Source: an uncultured Bacteroidia bacterium (GTDB lineage Bacteria; Bacteroidota; Bacteroidia; JANWVE01). Taken from it: 64,000 nucleotides of DNA. Positions 41,636 through 51,402 of this stretch are shown piece after piece (the stretch's first letter is position 1; every line of letters begins with the position of its first letter). The translations under genes and the position numbers were made by a program. The notes under the pieces were generated by a model. That model had not been told where the DNA came from. It did not search any database and saw only the letters and a program-made list of their open reading frames with translations. The stretch covers positions 7,044-71,043 of the forward strand of contig CALIZB010000014.1 in NCBI GenBank assembly GCA_938028625.1, written 5' to 3'.

Positions 41636-43336
41636 ATGGCATTAAAATTTTCAGAATATCCTTATACAAGACCTGATATGCAGGTGTTAGAGAAAGAATT
41701 TTTTACAACTTTGAGCACATTTAAGCAAGTACAAAATTTTTCTGATGCGATTTCAGCAATAGAACAAATTACTATACTACGAAAGAATTTTGATACTTTA
41801 GCCACTATTGCCTCCGTACGATATACGTTAGATACTCAAAATACACAGTATCAGGCTGAACAAGAGTTTTTTGATACTCAATATCCTATTTATCAAGGTT
41901 GGATTACTGAATTTTATAAGGTTTTGTTAAATCACTCATTAGCAAATTCTCTTAAAGTACATTACGGTGAACAGATATTCAAATTAGCAGAATCAGCTGT
42001 CAAAACGTTTAATGACACTGTTATTGAAGAGTTACAAAGAGAAAATGCACTGACAAGTGAATATACTAAACTTATTGGTTCTGCTCAAATTGAATTTGAA
42101 GGCAGAACGTATAATTTAGCAGGTTTAGTGCCTTTTATGCAAGATATTGACAGAAACAGACGTATAAACGCACACAAGGCATATCTTTCTTTTTTTGAGC
42201 AAAATAAAGATAAATTAGATGATTTATTTGACCAATTAGTTAAGATACGTACTGTTATTGCACAAAAATTAGGTTTTCAAAACTTTGTAGAATTAGCTTA
42301 TTTGAGGCTCTCTCGTGTAGATTATACGCACAAAGAAGTAGCTTTATATCGTGAATATATTCATAAATATGTAGTTCCTTTGGTAGCAGAGTTACAAGAA
42401 CGAAAACGCAAACGTTTAGGGTTAGATACTTTGTATTTTTATGATGAAAAATTAAAATTTAAATCGGGCAATCCTAAACCAAAAGGAGACCCTGAATGGA
42501 TTTTAGAACAAGGTAAAATAATGTATAAAGAACTTTCCAAAGAAACAGGCGAGTTTTTTGAATTTATGCAACAGCATGAACTTATGGACGTAGTGAACCG
42601 AAAAGGTAAAGCATCAGGGGGATATTGTACGTATTTTAGTTTGTATAATGCACCCTATATTTTCTCTAATTTTAATGGTACTACGCATGACGTAGAAGTG
42701 CTTACTCATGAAGCAGGACACGCTTTTCAGGTGTATTGTAGCCAAAATCAGGCTTTGCCTGAATACTACTTTCCTACTTATGAAGCCTGTGAAATTCATT
42801 CTATGAGTATGGAATTTATTACGTGGAGGTGGATGGAATTGTTTTTCAAAGAAGACACAACTAAATTTAAATTTGACCATATCAGCAGTGCTTTGACATT
42901 TTTACCGTATGGTGCTATGGTAGACGAGTTTCAACACATTATTTACCAAAACCCTGATTTAACACCAAAAGAACGAAAAAAACTATGGCAAGAGTTAGAA
43001 AAAAAATACTTACCTTATCGTAAGTATGATGAGGCATCTTTTGCTAGTGAGGGCGGAATGTGGCAAGCCCAAAGCCATATCTATGCTAATCCATTCTATT
43101 ACATAGATTACACACTTGCACAAATTTGTGCTTTACAATACTGGACGTGGTATCAAGAAAACCCTGAAGAGGCTTGGCAAAGCTACCTGAACCTATGCAG
43201 ACAAGGTGGAAGCAAATCTTTTTTAGAATTAGTAGAAATAGGACGGTTGTCTTCACCCTTTGATGAAGAAACTATGAGCAGTGTTGTAAAAAATGCTTAT
43301 CTGTGGCTGAAAGATATTGCAGATGAAACCTTATAG
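41636..43336 (+). CDS. M3-family oligoendopeptidase (PepF-like)
   Basis: HEAGHAFQ zinc motif and M3B architecture. Confidence 0.8.
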   Translation: MALKFSEYPYTRPDMQVLEKEFFTTLSTFKQVQNFSDAISAIEQITILRKNFDTLATIASVRYTLDTQNTQYQAEQEFFDTQYPIYQGWITEFYKVLLNHSLANSLKVHYGEQIFKLAESAVKTFNDTVIEELQRENALTSEYTKLIGSAQIEFEGRTYNLAGLVPFMQDIDRNRRINAHKAYLSFFEQNKDKLDDLFDQLVKIRTVIAQKLGFQNFVELAYLRLSRVDYTHKEVALYREYIHKYVVPLVAELQERKRKRLGLDTLYFYDEKLKFKSGNPKPKGDPEWILEQGKIMYKELSKETGEFFEFMQQHELMDVVNRKGKASGGYCTYFSLYNAPYIFSNFNGTTHDVEVLTHEAGHAFQVYCSQNQALPEYYFPTYEACEIHSMSMEFITWRWMELFFKEDTTKFKFDHISSALTFLPYGAMVDEFQHIIYQNPDLTPKERKKLWQELEKKYLPYRKYDEASFASEGGMWQAQSHIYANPFYYIDYTLAQICALQYWTWYQENPEEAWQSYLNLCRQGGSKSFLELVEIGRLSSPFDEETMSSVVKNAYLWLKDIADETL

Positions 43337-43347
43337 GTTTTATATTG

Positions 43348-43563
43348 TTACCTATATTTTGAAAACTTGTATTGGTCTTTAATTTGCGTTTCAAAAAACT
43401 CTATTTTAGACGGTGCATCTAAAAAACTTGTGTATATTTCCTGGGGTACATCAAAATAGCGGTACATGGAATCGCTTTTGAAACCTATTTCTAATGTAGA
43501 AGTTTTTGCTTCGTATTTGATATATTTTACCTTTTCGCAGGTAACAAACACTTTATTTGCCAT
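43348..43563 (-). CDS. KTSC-domain protein
   Basis: …VKYIKYEAKTSTLEIGFKSDSMYRYFDVPQEIYTSF… matches the KTSC domain pattern. Start ambiguous (43587 or 43563). Confidence 0.5.
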   Translation of the reverse strand: MANKVFVTCEKVKYIKYEAKTSTLEIGFKSDSMYRYFDVPQEIYTSFLDAPSKIEFFETQIKDQYKFSKYR

Positions 43564-43619
43564 AACAGAAAAAGAATTATAACACAATGTTAACGCATTA
43601 TTAATAAAAAAGCAAATTT

Positions 43620-44345
43620 TTATGTATCATATTTTTGTAACTGTTTCAAAATAATCTGAAAATCTTTTGGGTAAGGAGCAGATACCTCATATTTTCCAAA
43701 AGAATTTTCAAAGCGAATGCGGTGTGCGTGCAACTGAAAACGTTTGTTAAGAGGTTTTTCTTCTTCATCAAGAGATATTTTGTAGTTTTTGCGTTTGATT
43801 TGAGAGAGGAAAAGGTCTTCTCCCCCGTACAGGGAATCTCCGACAATAGGCGTGCCGTAGTATGCCAAATGTACACGTATCTGATGCGTTCTGCCTGTGA
43901 TAGGTTTGCATTCCAACAATGTATAATGCTTAAAATTGGCTATACTGATGATAGCCGTAATGGCTTCTACTCCGTTTTGCTTGTCTACTTTGGTTTTGGT
44001 AGGGTTATCTATGTTAAGTGGTAAATCTATCACTATGGGTTCGGTAATATGATGTACTCCCTTAACAAGTGCATGGTAATACTTGTTTACCAATCGTTCA
44101 TGAAAGAGGTAAGAGAGTTCTCTGTGTGCATCTACATGTTGAGCGGCTACGAGTACTCCACTGGTTTCTTTATCTAATCTGTGGCAGAGGTTGGCATTAG
44201 GATAGTTTTCTTTTAACCACTGTTGTATGTTATGTGCAGATGGATTACCACGTTCTGGTACCGAGGCTATACCCGCAGGCTTATGGATAAAAAGATAATG
44301 CTCATTTTGATATAAAATGTATATTTCTGTTTTGTGATTTGCCAT
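43620..44345 (-). CDS. RluA-family pseudouridine synthase
   Basis: HRLDKETSGVLVAA catalytic motif. The track ORF extends to 44516 through the GC-rich element. The real start is probably the MANHKTEIY Met at 44345. Confidence 0.7.
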   Translation of the reverse strand: MANHKTEIYILYQNEHYLFIHKPAGIASVPERGNPSAHNIQQWLKENYPNANLCHRLDKETSGVLVAAQHVDAHRELSYLFHERLVNKYYHALVKGVHHITEPIVIDLPLNIDNPTKTKVDKQNGVEAITAIISIANFKHYTLLECKPITGRTHQIRVHLAYYGTPIVGDSLYGGEDLFLSQIKRKNYKISLDEEEKPLNKRFQLHAHRIRFENSFGKYEVSAPYPKDFQIILKQLQKYDT

Positions 44346-44519
44346 AGCTGAATATAAATTTGAATGTAAAAATAATAAGAACATGTGTTTTGCGTGAGGC
44401 ATGCGGTGGGTGTGCGTAAGCACAGTACGAAGCATTGCGAAGTACCGAAGCGTTAGCGTAGCCCAAAGCACGCCGACCTTGCTTGCATGAGCGCAGCGAA
44501 ACGCAAGCAAGGACACGCC

Positions 44520-46511
44520 CTAATAAGATAAAATCTTTTCTATACCTTGTTTTAACCTTGATTTTGCTAAAAATTGCTGTTCTAACTGTATATTAAAAGG
44601 TACGGGAGTATCTAACGAGGTTACACGCATAATAGGAGCATCTAAATAAGTAAAGGCTTTTTCTGCCATAGTTGCGGCAATTTCACCACCTATGCCACCT
44701 GTATGGGTATCTTCATGTAAAATAAGTAATCTATTGGTTTTTTTAACAGAGTTTTCAATGGTTTCGTAATCCAATGGGGCAAGACTGCGCAAGTCTATGA
44801 TTTCTATGCTGTTTTGGTCAAAATGAGTTTTGCAAATATCTACTGCCCAGTGTACCCCTGCACCATAGGTAACAATGGTCAGGTCTGTACCTTGTTGTAT
44901 TATATTGGCTTTACCTATGGGAATGGCATACATAGCTTGGGGAATTTCATTTTCTACACTTCGGTAGAGAGCTTTATGCTCAAAAAACATTACGGGAGAG
45001 GGGTCAAGAAGGGAAGCTATCAATAAACCTTTGGCATCATACGCATTAGAGGGATAGACTACTTTTAACCCTGCTACGTGTGTAAACCATGCTTCATTAC
45101 TCTGTGAGTGAAAAGGTCCTGCACCTACTCCCGCACCTGTGGGCATACGAACCGTTACATTCGGAGAGTGTCCCCAGCGGTAGTAGTTTTTAGCAAGATT
45201 ATTGACAATTTGATTAAATCCGCAGGTTACAAAGTCAGCAAATTGCATCTCAACCATTACATCATAACCTTTAAGCGTTAGCCCTAATGCCGCACCTATT
45301 GCCCCTGATTCTATAATAGGCGTGTTCCTTACACGGTTTTTGCCAAATTTTTCTACAAAACCTTGCGTAATTTTGAATACTCCCCCGTATTCTGCAATAT
45401 CTTGTCCCATTAAAATAAGTTTAGGATTATGTTCCATCATCTGGTACAAACCTTCACTAATAGCATCAATCATGCGTTTTTTATGAGTAGGCTGAGCTTC
45501 AAAGGTATAAAATCCTTTTATGCGGCTATCGTCATTGAGATACACATCATTGAGTTCTTTTTCTAAATTTGGAATAATATCAGGTTCATTGAACATGAAG
45601 CTAAGCGCCTCTTCCATTTCTTTCTTTATGTCCTCATAAAATTCATGTTTGAGTTCTTCGGTGAGGATTTCTTGTTCAAAAAGATAGTTTTCATAATTCG
45701 TAATGGGGTCTTTTTGTTTCCATTCTTCAAATAGATGCTGTGGAACATATTTAGTACCTGAGGCTTCTTCATGTCCGCGCATACGGAAGGTCATAGATTC
45801 TACGATAACAGGGCGGGGTTTAATTCGCATGCTATCCACAAGTTCTTTTATAGTGTGATATACTTCTAATACATTGTTGCCATCAATTTTTATACCTTCT
45901 ATACCATAACCAGGGGCTTTGTCTACAAAACTTTTACAGCGGTACTGTTCGTTGGTAGGGGTAGAAAGTGCATATCCGTTGTTTTCTATAAGAAAAATGA
46001 CGGGTAAATCCCATACTGCGGCTAAGTTTACAGCTTCATGAAAATCTCCTTCGGAAGCACCTCCATCACCGCAATAAGCTAAAGCAATATTTTTGTCCCC
46101 ATCTAATAAGCTACCAAGCGCGACGCCATCAGCTACACTTAACATAGCCGCAAGGTGAGAAATCATGCCAATAATTTTGTATTCAGGAATGCCAAAATGA
46201 AAAGAACGTTCTCTGCCTTTGGAAAACCCGTATTCTTTACCTTGCCACTGACAAAATAAACGTTTTAAGTCTACTTTACGGGCAGTAAACACCCCAAGAT
46301 TTCTGTGTAAAGGAAAGATAAAGTCATTTTTATGTAAAGCCAAGGTACTTCCTACGGCGATAGCTTCCTGCCCAATACCTGAAAACCATTTAGAAATGCG
46401 GTTTTGCCGTAAAAGAATGAGCATTTTTTCTTCTATAATGCGGGGTTTAACCAATTCTTTATAGATAGCTAAAAGGGCTTCATTGCTTAGTGATTTTTTG
46501 TCAAAGTTCAT
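44520..46511 (-). CDS. 2-oxoacid dehydrogenase E1 component, fused alpha/beta subunits (TPP-dependent)
   Basis: 663 aa with TPP-binding alpha and transketolase-like beta halves (…GDGGASEGDFHE…). Confidence 0.8.
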   Translation of the reverse strand: MNFDKKSLSNEALLAIYKELVKPRIIEEKMLILLRQNRISKWFSGIGQEAIAVGSTLALHKNDFIFPLHRNLGVFTARKVDLKRLFCQWQGKEYGFSKGRERSFHFGIPEYKIIGMISHLAAMLSVADGVALGSLLDGDKNIALAYCGDGGASEGDFHEAVNLAAVWDLPVIFLIENNGYALSTPTNEQYRCKSFVDKAPGYGIEGIKIDGNNVLEVYHTIKELVDSMRIKPRPVIVESMTFRMRGHEEASGTKYVPQHLFEEWKQKDPITNYENYLFEQEILTEELKHEFYEDIKKEMEEALSFMFNEPDIIPNLEKELNDVYLNDDSRIKGFYTFEAQPTHKKRMIDAISEGLYQMMEHNPKLILMGQDIAEYGGVFKITQGFVEKFGKNRVRNTPIIESGAIGAALGLTLKGYDVMVEMQFADFVTCGFNQIVNNLAKNYYRWGHSPNVTVRMPTGAGVGAGPFHSQSNEAWFTHVAGLKVVYPSNAYDAKGLLIASLLDPSPVMFFEHKALYRSVENEIPQAMYAIPIGKANIIQQGTDLTIVTYGAGVHWAVDICKTHFDQNSIEIIDLRSLAPLDYETIENSVKKTNRLLILHEDTHTGGIGGEIAATMAEKAFTYLDAPIMRVTSLDTPVPFNIQLEQQFLAKSRLKQGIEKILSY

Positions 46512-46594
46512 AGAATAATTTATTTATGCCACAATATTAACAAAAAACGGATTACTCGTTGTCTAAAATTTGAACAGTGAAAACAAGACTGTTT

Positions 46595-47416
46595 TTATAC
46601 GAGCGTTTTGCCTTCAAATACTTTCATGGCAGGACCTATAAGGTTAATACTACCATTTTGAAGGAACTGTACTATCAAATTACCACCTTTGGTTTTTACA
46701 ATAACTTCTGCAAGGTTTTGTCTACTTAATGTCAGAAAAGACAAAGCTGATGCTACTACGCCTGTACCGCAAGATAATGTTTCTGCTTCTACACCGCGTT
46801 CATAAGTGCGCACATAAATTTTGTCTTTATCCAAAACTTGAACAAAGTTTACGTTTGTCCCATTAGGTTGGTAGTCTGTACTATTGCGGATTTTTTTGCC
46901 TATGAGTGTAACATCTGTATTTTCTACGTCAGAAACAAACTGGACATGATGCGGTGAACCTGTATTGACAAAAAAATTAACTTCATTGTGTAACTGTTTT
47001 ACTTCGGGTTTTTGGTTAAGTAAGGTAAGTTCTATAAAGTCATTAGATAAGACTCTGAATGGATACAAAGTGTTTTCATGAATAAAAGTACCTTCATCTT
47101 TACATATACCGAGTTTTTTGGCAAAGACCACTGCACATCTACCTCCGTTACCGCACATACTTCCTTTTTTCCCGTCAGCATTGTGATAAATCATTTCAAA
47201 GTTAGCTTTTTCATGGTTTCTGATGAGTATTAGTCCGTCTGCACCGATACCAAATTTTCTATCACAAAGAAGCCTGAATAGTTCTTCTGTACTTTGAGTA
47301 TATTTTTTTTCACGGTCATCTATGAGAATGAAGTCATTACCTGTTCCTTGAAATTTACTAAATAGAATTTCGTTTAGTTGTTTTAGCATGGCATACAAAA
47401 ATACATATTTTTGCAT
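46595..47416 (-). CDS. dapF: diaminopimelate epimerase
   Basis: FQGTGNDFILID, SMCGNGGRC, and the second active-site Cys region GTGVVAS. Confidence 0.8.
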   Translation of the reverse strand: MQKYVFLYAMLKQLNEILFSKFQGTGNDFILIDDREKKYTQSTEELFRLLCDRKFGIGADGLILIRNHEKANFEMIYHNADGKKGSMCGNGGRCAVVFAKKLGICKDEGTFIHENTLYPFRVLSNDFIELTLLNQKPEVKQLHNEVNFFVNTGSPHHVQFVSDVENTDVTLIGKKIRNSTDYQPNGTNVNFVQVLDKDKIYVRTYERGVEAETLSCGTGVVASALSFLTLSRQNLAEVIVKTKGGNLIVQFLQNGSINLIGPAMKVFEGKTLV

Positions 47417-47425
47417 TCAAGATTT

Positions 47426-47869
47426 ATGGAAGAGGTTATAAAGTTTGTGGGTATTTTTTTATTGAGTATGATACAGTATAAGTTAGCTTTAATCAGTGTA
47501 ATTTCGGTGAAAAAATGGCATATTGCGGTACAGTTTATTTGTGTAACTTCAGGGTATATGACTATGACGGTATTAGTATGTTTTTTTGAGAAACAAGTAA
47601 GACATGCGCTTCAATGGATACGGTGTAAATTTACTAAAAAACCTGTTTCGTTTAAGAAAAGGCGAAAAATGGTAAATTTTGCCCACAAATACGGAGTATG
47701 GGGCGTAGGTTTGCTTAGTCCTATTAGTTTGGGGGCGTTAGTGGGTAGTGTAGTTGCGGTATCTTTGGGTGGTCATAAAAAAGAAGTTATTCTGACGTTT
47801 CTGACAGGTTGTTTAATTTGGACAATAGTGATTTTAGGACTGTCTGATGTTATACATTCGTTCCTGTAA
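47426..47869 (+). CDS. small membrane protein, hypothetical (possibly COG2426-like small export protein)
   Basis: About 147 aa. Two hydrophobic blocks separated by a basic linker (KKPVSFKKRRK). Confidence 0.35.
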   Translation: MEEVIKFVGIFLLSMIQYKLALISVISVKKWHIAVQFICVTSGYMTMTVLVCFFEKQVRHALQWIRCKFTKKPVSFKKRRKMVNFAHKYGVWGVGLLSPISLGALVGSVVAVSLGGHKKEVILTFLTGCLIWTIVILGLSDVIHSFL

Positions 47870-47912
47870 TGAGGGTGTAGGTGATATATTTTCTTTTTTG
47901 CTCAAAGTACGA

Positions 47913-47950
47913 TAAAAAAACAGGTTCTTTTTTATAGAACCTGTTTTCTG
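47913..47950. terminator. bidirectional rho-independent terminator after rpsG
   Basis: ACAGGTTC-TTTTTTATA-GAACCTGT hairpin flanked by an A-run and a T-run. Confidence 0.6.
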
Positions 47951-47970
47951 TGTAATGCAGATGAATGTTA

Positions 47971-48438
47971 TTAAAAACGGAAGTGTGCAAAGGCTTTGTT
48001 GGCTTCTGCCATACGGTGAACCTCTTCTTTTTTCTTAACTGCTGCGCCTTCGCTTTTGGAAGCAGAAATAATCTCAGCGGCTAATTTTTCTTCCATGCTT
48101 TTTTCGTTGCGTCTGCGGGCATAAGTAATAAGCCATTTCATACCAAGGGACTCTCTGCGTTCAGGGCGAACTTCGGTAGGCACTTGAAAGTTTGCACCCC
48201 CTACGCGTCTGCTGCGTACTTCAAGTACGGGCATTATGTTGTTTAAAGCACGTTTGAATACCTCCAAGCCGTTTTCCCCTGATTTTTGGGTGACTATATC
48301 AATGGCGTTATAGAATATTTTGTATGCAATAGATTTTTTGCCGTCCCACATAAGATTGTTTACAAATTTTGTAACCATCTCGTCATTAAATTTTGGGTCA
48401 GGCAGTACGTATCTTTTTTTAGGTTTGGATTTTCTCAT
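47971..48438 (-). CDS. rpsG: 30S ribosomal protein S7
   Basis: Full-length S7 match. Confidence 0.95.
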   Translation of the reverse strand: MRKSKPKKRYVLPDPKFNDEMVTKFVNNLMWDGKKSIAYKIFYNAIDIVTQKSGENGLEVFKRALNNIMPVLEVRSRRVGGANFQVPTEVRPERRESLGMKWLITYARRRNEKSMEEKLAAEIISASKSEGAAVKKKEEVHRMAEANKAFAHFRF

Positions 48439-48441
48439 AGC

Positions 48442-48855
48442 TTATTTTTTACCTCCTTTTCCTGTATTTGCGGCGGGAACATTGGCTTTAGGACGTTTAG
48501 CACCGTATTTAGAACGACCTTGTTTTCTGTCTTTTACACCAGCAGTATCCAAAGCACCGCGAATAATATGATAACGCACCCCAGGTAAATCTTTTACACG
48601 ACCTCCCCTAATAAGTACAATAGAGTGTTCTTGCAGATTGTGTCCTTCTCCAGGAATATAAGCCGTAACCTCAAACTGGTTGGTTAAACGTACGCGGGCT
48701 ACTTTTCTTTGGGCGGAGTTTGGTTTTTTGGGCGTAGTAATGTATACGCGTGTGCATACCCCGCGCTTCTGAGGGCATTCTTTCATCGCAGGCGACTTAC
48801 TTTTATAAGTAACAGGTTTTCTACCTAATCTCACTAATTGTTGTATCGTTGGCAT
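48442..48855 (-). CDS. rpsL: 30S ribosomal protein S12
   Basis: [13 protein letters not shown]… full-length S12. Confidence 0.95.
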   Translation of the reverse strand: MPTIQQLVRLGRKPVTYKSKSPAMKECPQKRGVCTRVYITTPKKPNSAQRKVARVRLTNQFEVTAYIPGEGHNLQEHSIVLIRGGRVKDLPGVRYHIIRGALDTAGVKDRKQGRSKYGAKRPKANVPAANTGKGGKK

Positions 48856-49210
48856 TGCAAACAGTTTATTTTCAAATGGACTGCAAAAGTAATATCTTTT
48901 TTCTATATGTCAAATTATTTTTTTGATACTATAAAGTTTATCCTCAAAAAGGCACTTTGTCTTTGAGCAGGATACACAAAGTCCATTATATTTGCGGCTT
49001 GATGAAAAAAATTATTGTATAAAATTATTTATCAGCCGTTTATTAATCGGATACTGCGCAATATCAACAAATGGCTGTATCCCCGTTTTACAAAGTTCCG
49101 TCTGCAACCCTCTGGGTGTGTACGATTTACTCTTAATAACGGTAAAACTATGAAACTGAATACAAACTAGACGGATTATGTGAGTTTTTTAACTTTTTGG
49201 GAAGGATTGT

Positions 49211-49904
49211 ATGAATATGAGTTTATATGGATTTTTGAAAAAATCATTTCGGAGTGTAATGGTTTTTTAGATATATAGGTGCGAATACAGGACTTTTTTC
49301 TTTGATAGCTTCCAAAAACAACTTGAATACTATTTCACTGGCTTTTGAACCCTCCCCTGACACACATAGTTTTCTTGAAAAAAATATAGCCATTAACAAG
49401 GTAAGTGAACATGTAAAAGCATATCCGTATGCTGTAAGCAATATAGAAGCGAATTTAGAGTTCTATAAGGTACATAATCCAAAATACCCCGATATACCCA
49501 ATTTAAGCGGTGCGGCAAGTCTAGTGTATGCTAATGCGGAACATAAAAAAATATCTGTTCAAACTGTAAATATTGATACTTTTCTTGAACAAAACCACCC
49601 TAAACTTCGCATAGATTTTGTAAAAATTGATGCGGAAGGGGCTGAAGCGGATATTATTCAAGGAATGCTGCAAACGATAGAAAAATACAAACCGATTATT
49701 ACCTGTGAAATACTACTTAATGACATAGGACAAAATATTCAAGATTTACTTAAAGAAAGAGGTTACAAATTTTATTTGCCTGTTAGCAAAGAAAAACTAT
49801 CTAAAACAGACACTGTACAATATAAAAAAAACGTAGATATACGTAATATATTCTGCGTTCCTGACGAAAAGTATGAATGGATAAAAGAATTTGTTACTGA
49901 TTAG
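49211..49904 (+). pseudogene. FkbM-family SAM-dependent methyltransferase, interrupted by a +1 frameshift in a T6 run (49263-49268)
   Basis: Frame A reads MNMSLYGFLKKSFRSVMVF then stops. Frame B resumes RYIGANTGLFSLIAS (the DIGANxG SAM-binding motif) and runs to 49904 with …IDFVKIDAEGAE…. Removing one T from the T6 run fuses them into an intact FkbM protein of about 230 aa. Confidence 0.55.
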
Positions 49905-49971
49905 ATTTTGTTACATACTATAAATAGAACGGTATTTTATTGCACTTTGCAAAATCTATTCTATCTTTGTA

Positions 49972-50625
49972 GTGTTTTTGTTATTTACAATGTTCAAAAA
50001 AATATTTCCTTACATAGCTCTGGCTATGTTATTGATACTTATAGACCAAGCCATAAAAATATACATTAAAACCAACTTTGACCTCGGGGAAGAAAGAAAA
50101 ATACTAGGCAATTTCTTTAAACTGCATTTTATAGAAAATCCGGGTATGGCATTTGGTATGAGCTTCGGACCTGGAATGGGTAAATTTCTCCTTTCCTTGT
50201 TTTCTATTCTGGCTGTGGGGGGAATTGTGTATTTTCTTATCTATGCTATAAAAAACAAACGTCCCAAAGGTTTAGCTATAAGTATAGCCTGTATTCTTGG
50301 GGGTGCTATAGGTAATATCATAGACCGTGTGTTTTATGATGTTCTTTTTGATAACCGGGGGGCTTTTCCTGACGGTAAAAGAGAGTATATGTTCGGTGAA
50401 GTAGTAGATATGTTTTATTTTGATATATGGCATGGTGAAATAGGCGGTATGTATGTTTCTCTATGGCCTATATTCAATTTTGCAGATTTGGCTATTTCTG
50501 TGGGCGTGGTAAGTATTCTTATTTTTCAGAAACGTTTTTTGGGTATATCCAAGGAAAATAAACAAAAAGCCGCCGCAGAATTATCCACAGAGGTTAAAAC
50601 AGATACTTCTTCAGCTAATCCTTAA
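49972..50625 (+). CDS. lspA: lipoprotein signal peptidase (signal peptidase II)
   Basis: Four TM helices, a conserved Asp-containing block and NFADL motifs. Confidence 0.8.
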   Translation: MFLLFTMFKKIFPYIALAMLLILIDQAIKIYIKTNFDLGEERKILGNFFKLHFIENPGMAFGMSFGPGMGKFLLSLFSILAVGGIVYFLIYAIKNKRPKGLAISIACILGGAIGNIIDRVFYDVLFDNRGAFPDGKREYMFGEVVDMFYFDIWHGEIGGMYVSLWPIFNFADLAISVGVVSILIFQKRFLGISKENKQKAAAELSTEVKTDTSSANP

Positions 50626-50990
50626 ATAGAAAGACAGTTTTTTATCATACTAGCTAAGTTGGCTGTTTCAGCAGGCTTGGGCAAAAAATATAAATTGGGA
50701 TTGTCTTGTATCATCTTTTCTACTTCATAGTTGAGGGTAGCACTCATCATTATAATAGGTATAGGTTTGTGTCTGTGAATTTCACGTGCAGTTTCCAAGC
50801 CGTTCATCAGTCCTAGAATATGAAAATCCATCAGAATTATATGCGGGTTATGGGTATGGAAGCATTGCAAGGCATCTTCGGAGGAACTTACAATCCCACA
50901 CACAGAAAATCCTGACCGTTCTATCTGACGGTTAAGCACAAAAGCCATAGCAGGTTCATCTTCTACAATAAGTACTTGAATGTGTTTCAT
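50622..50990 (-). CDS. single-domain response regulator (CheY-like receiver)
   Basis: VLIVEDEP…MDFHILG…KP receiver pattern. Start at MKHIQV (the track ORF adds 18 aa). Confidence 0.65.
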   Translation of the reverse strand: MKHIQVLIVEDEPAMAFVLNRQIERSGFSVCGIVSSSEDALQCFHTHNPHIILMDFHILGLMNGLETAREIHRHKPIPIIMMSATLNYEVEKMIQDNPNLYFLPKPAETANLASMIKNCLSI

Positions 50991-51106
50991 TACAACAGCA
51001 AAGTTAATCTTGTTAAAAGATACTACGAGTTTAATACCATACACAGTACGAAATAAAGTTGCATAAAGTTACATAAATATAAAAAAATATACTGTATTTT
51101 TACCTT

Positions 51107-51388
51107 ATGAACCCCTCAGCGTTAGATGAGTTAAGAGAAAAAATTTTTGCTCTTGACCAAGAAATGATAGTATTACTGGCAAAAAGAATGCAATATGTCG
51201 AAGAGATAGGCAAAGTAAAAAGAGAAAAAAATTTACCTTTTGAAGACCCTGTTTATTTTCAATTTTCACTGAAAAAAAAACAGTTTTATGGGGAGAATTT
51301 CGGATTAAGTCCTGACGAAATTAAACTTTTTTTTGAACTCTTGCAGGACTTATCCATAAACAGAATGAAAAAAGATGTATCTTTGTAA
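51107..51388 (+). CDS. chorismate mutase (AroQ class, monofunctional)
   Basis: 93 aa helical AroQ pattern (…LREKIFALDQEMIVLLAKRMQYVEEIGKVK…). Confidence 0.7.
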   Translation: MNPSALDELREKIFALDQEMIVLLAKRMQYVEEIGKVKREKNLPFEDPVYFQFSLKKKQFYGENFGLSPDEIKLFFELLQDLSINRMKKDVSL

Positions 51389-51402
51389 TCAAAATAAAGA
51401 AT

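Noticed and set aside
43620-44516. N-terminal 57-aa extension of the RluA ORF (MSLLAFRCAHASKVGVLW…) running through the GC-rich element
   Set aside because: GC-rich DNA is naturally stop-poor. The extension has no protein-like composition, and a good Met (MANHKTEIY) begins the conserved RluA domain at 44345.
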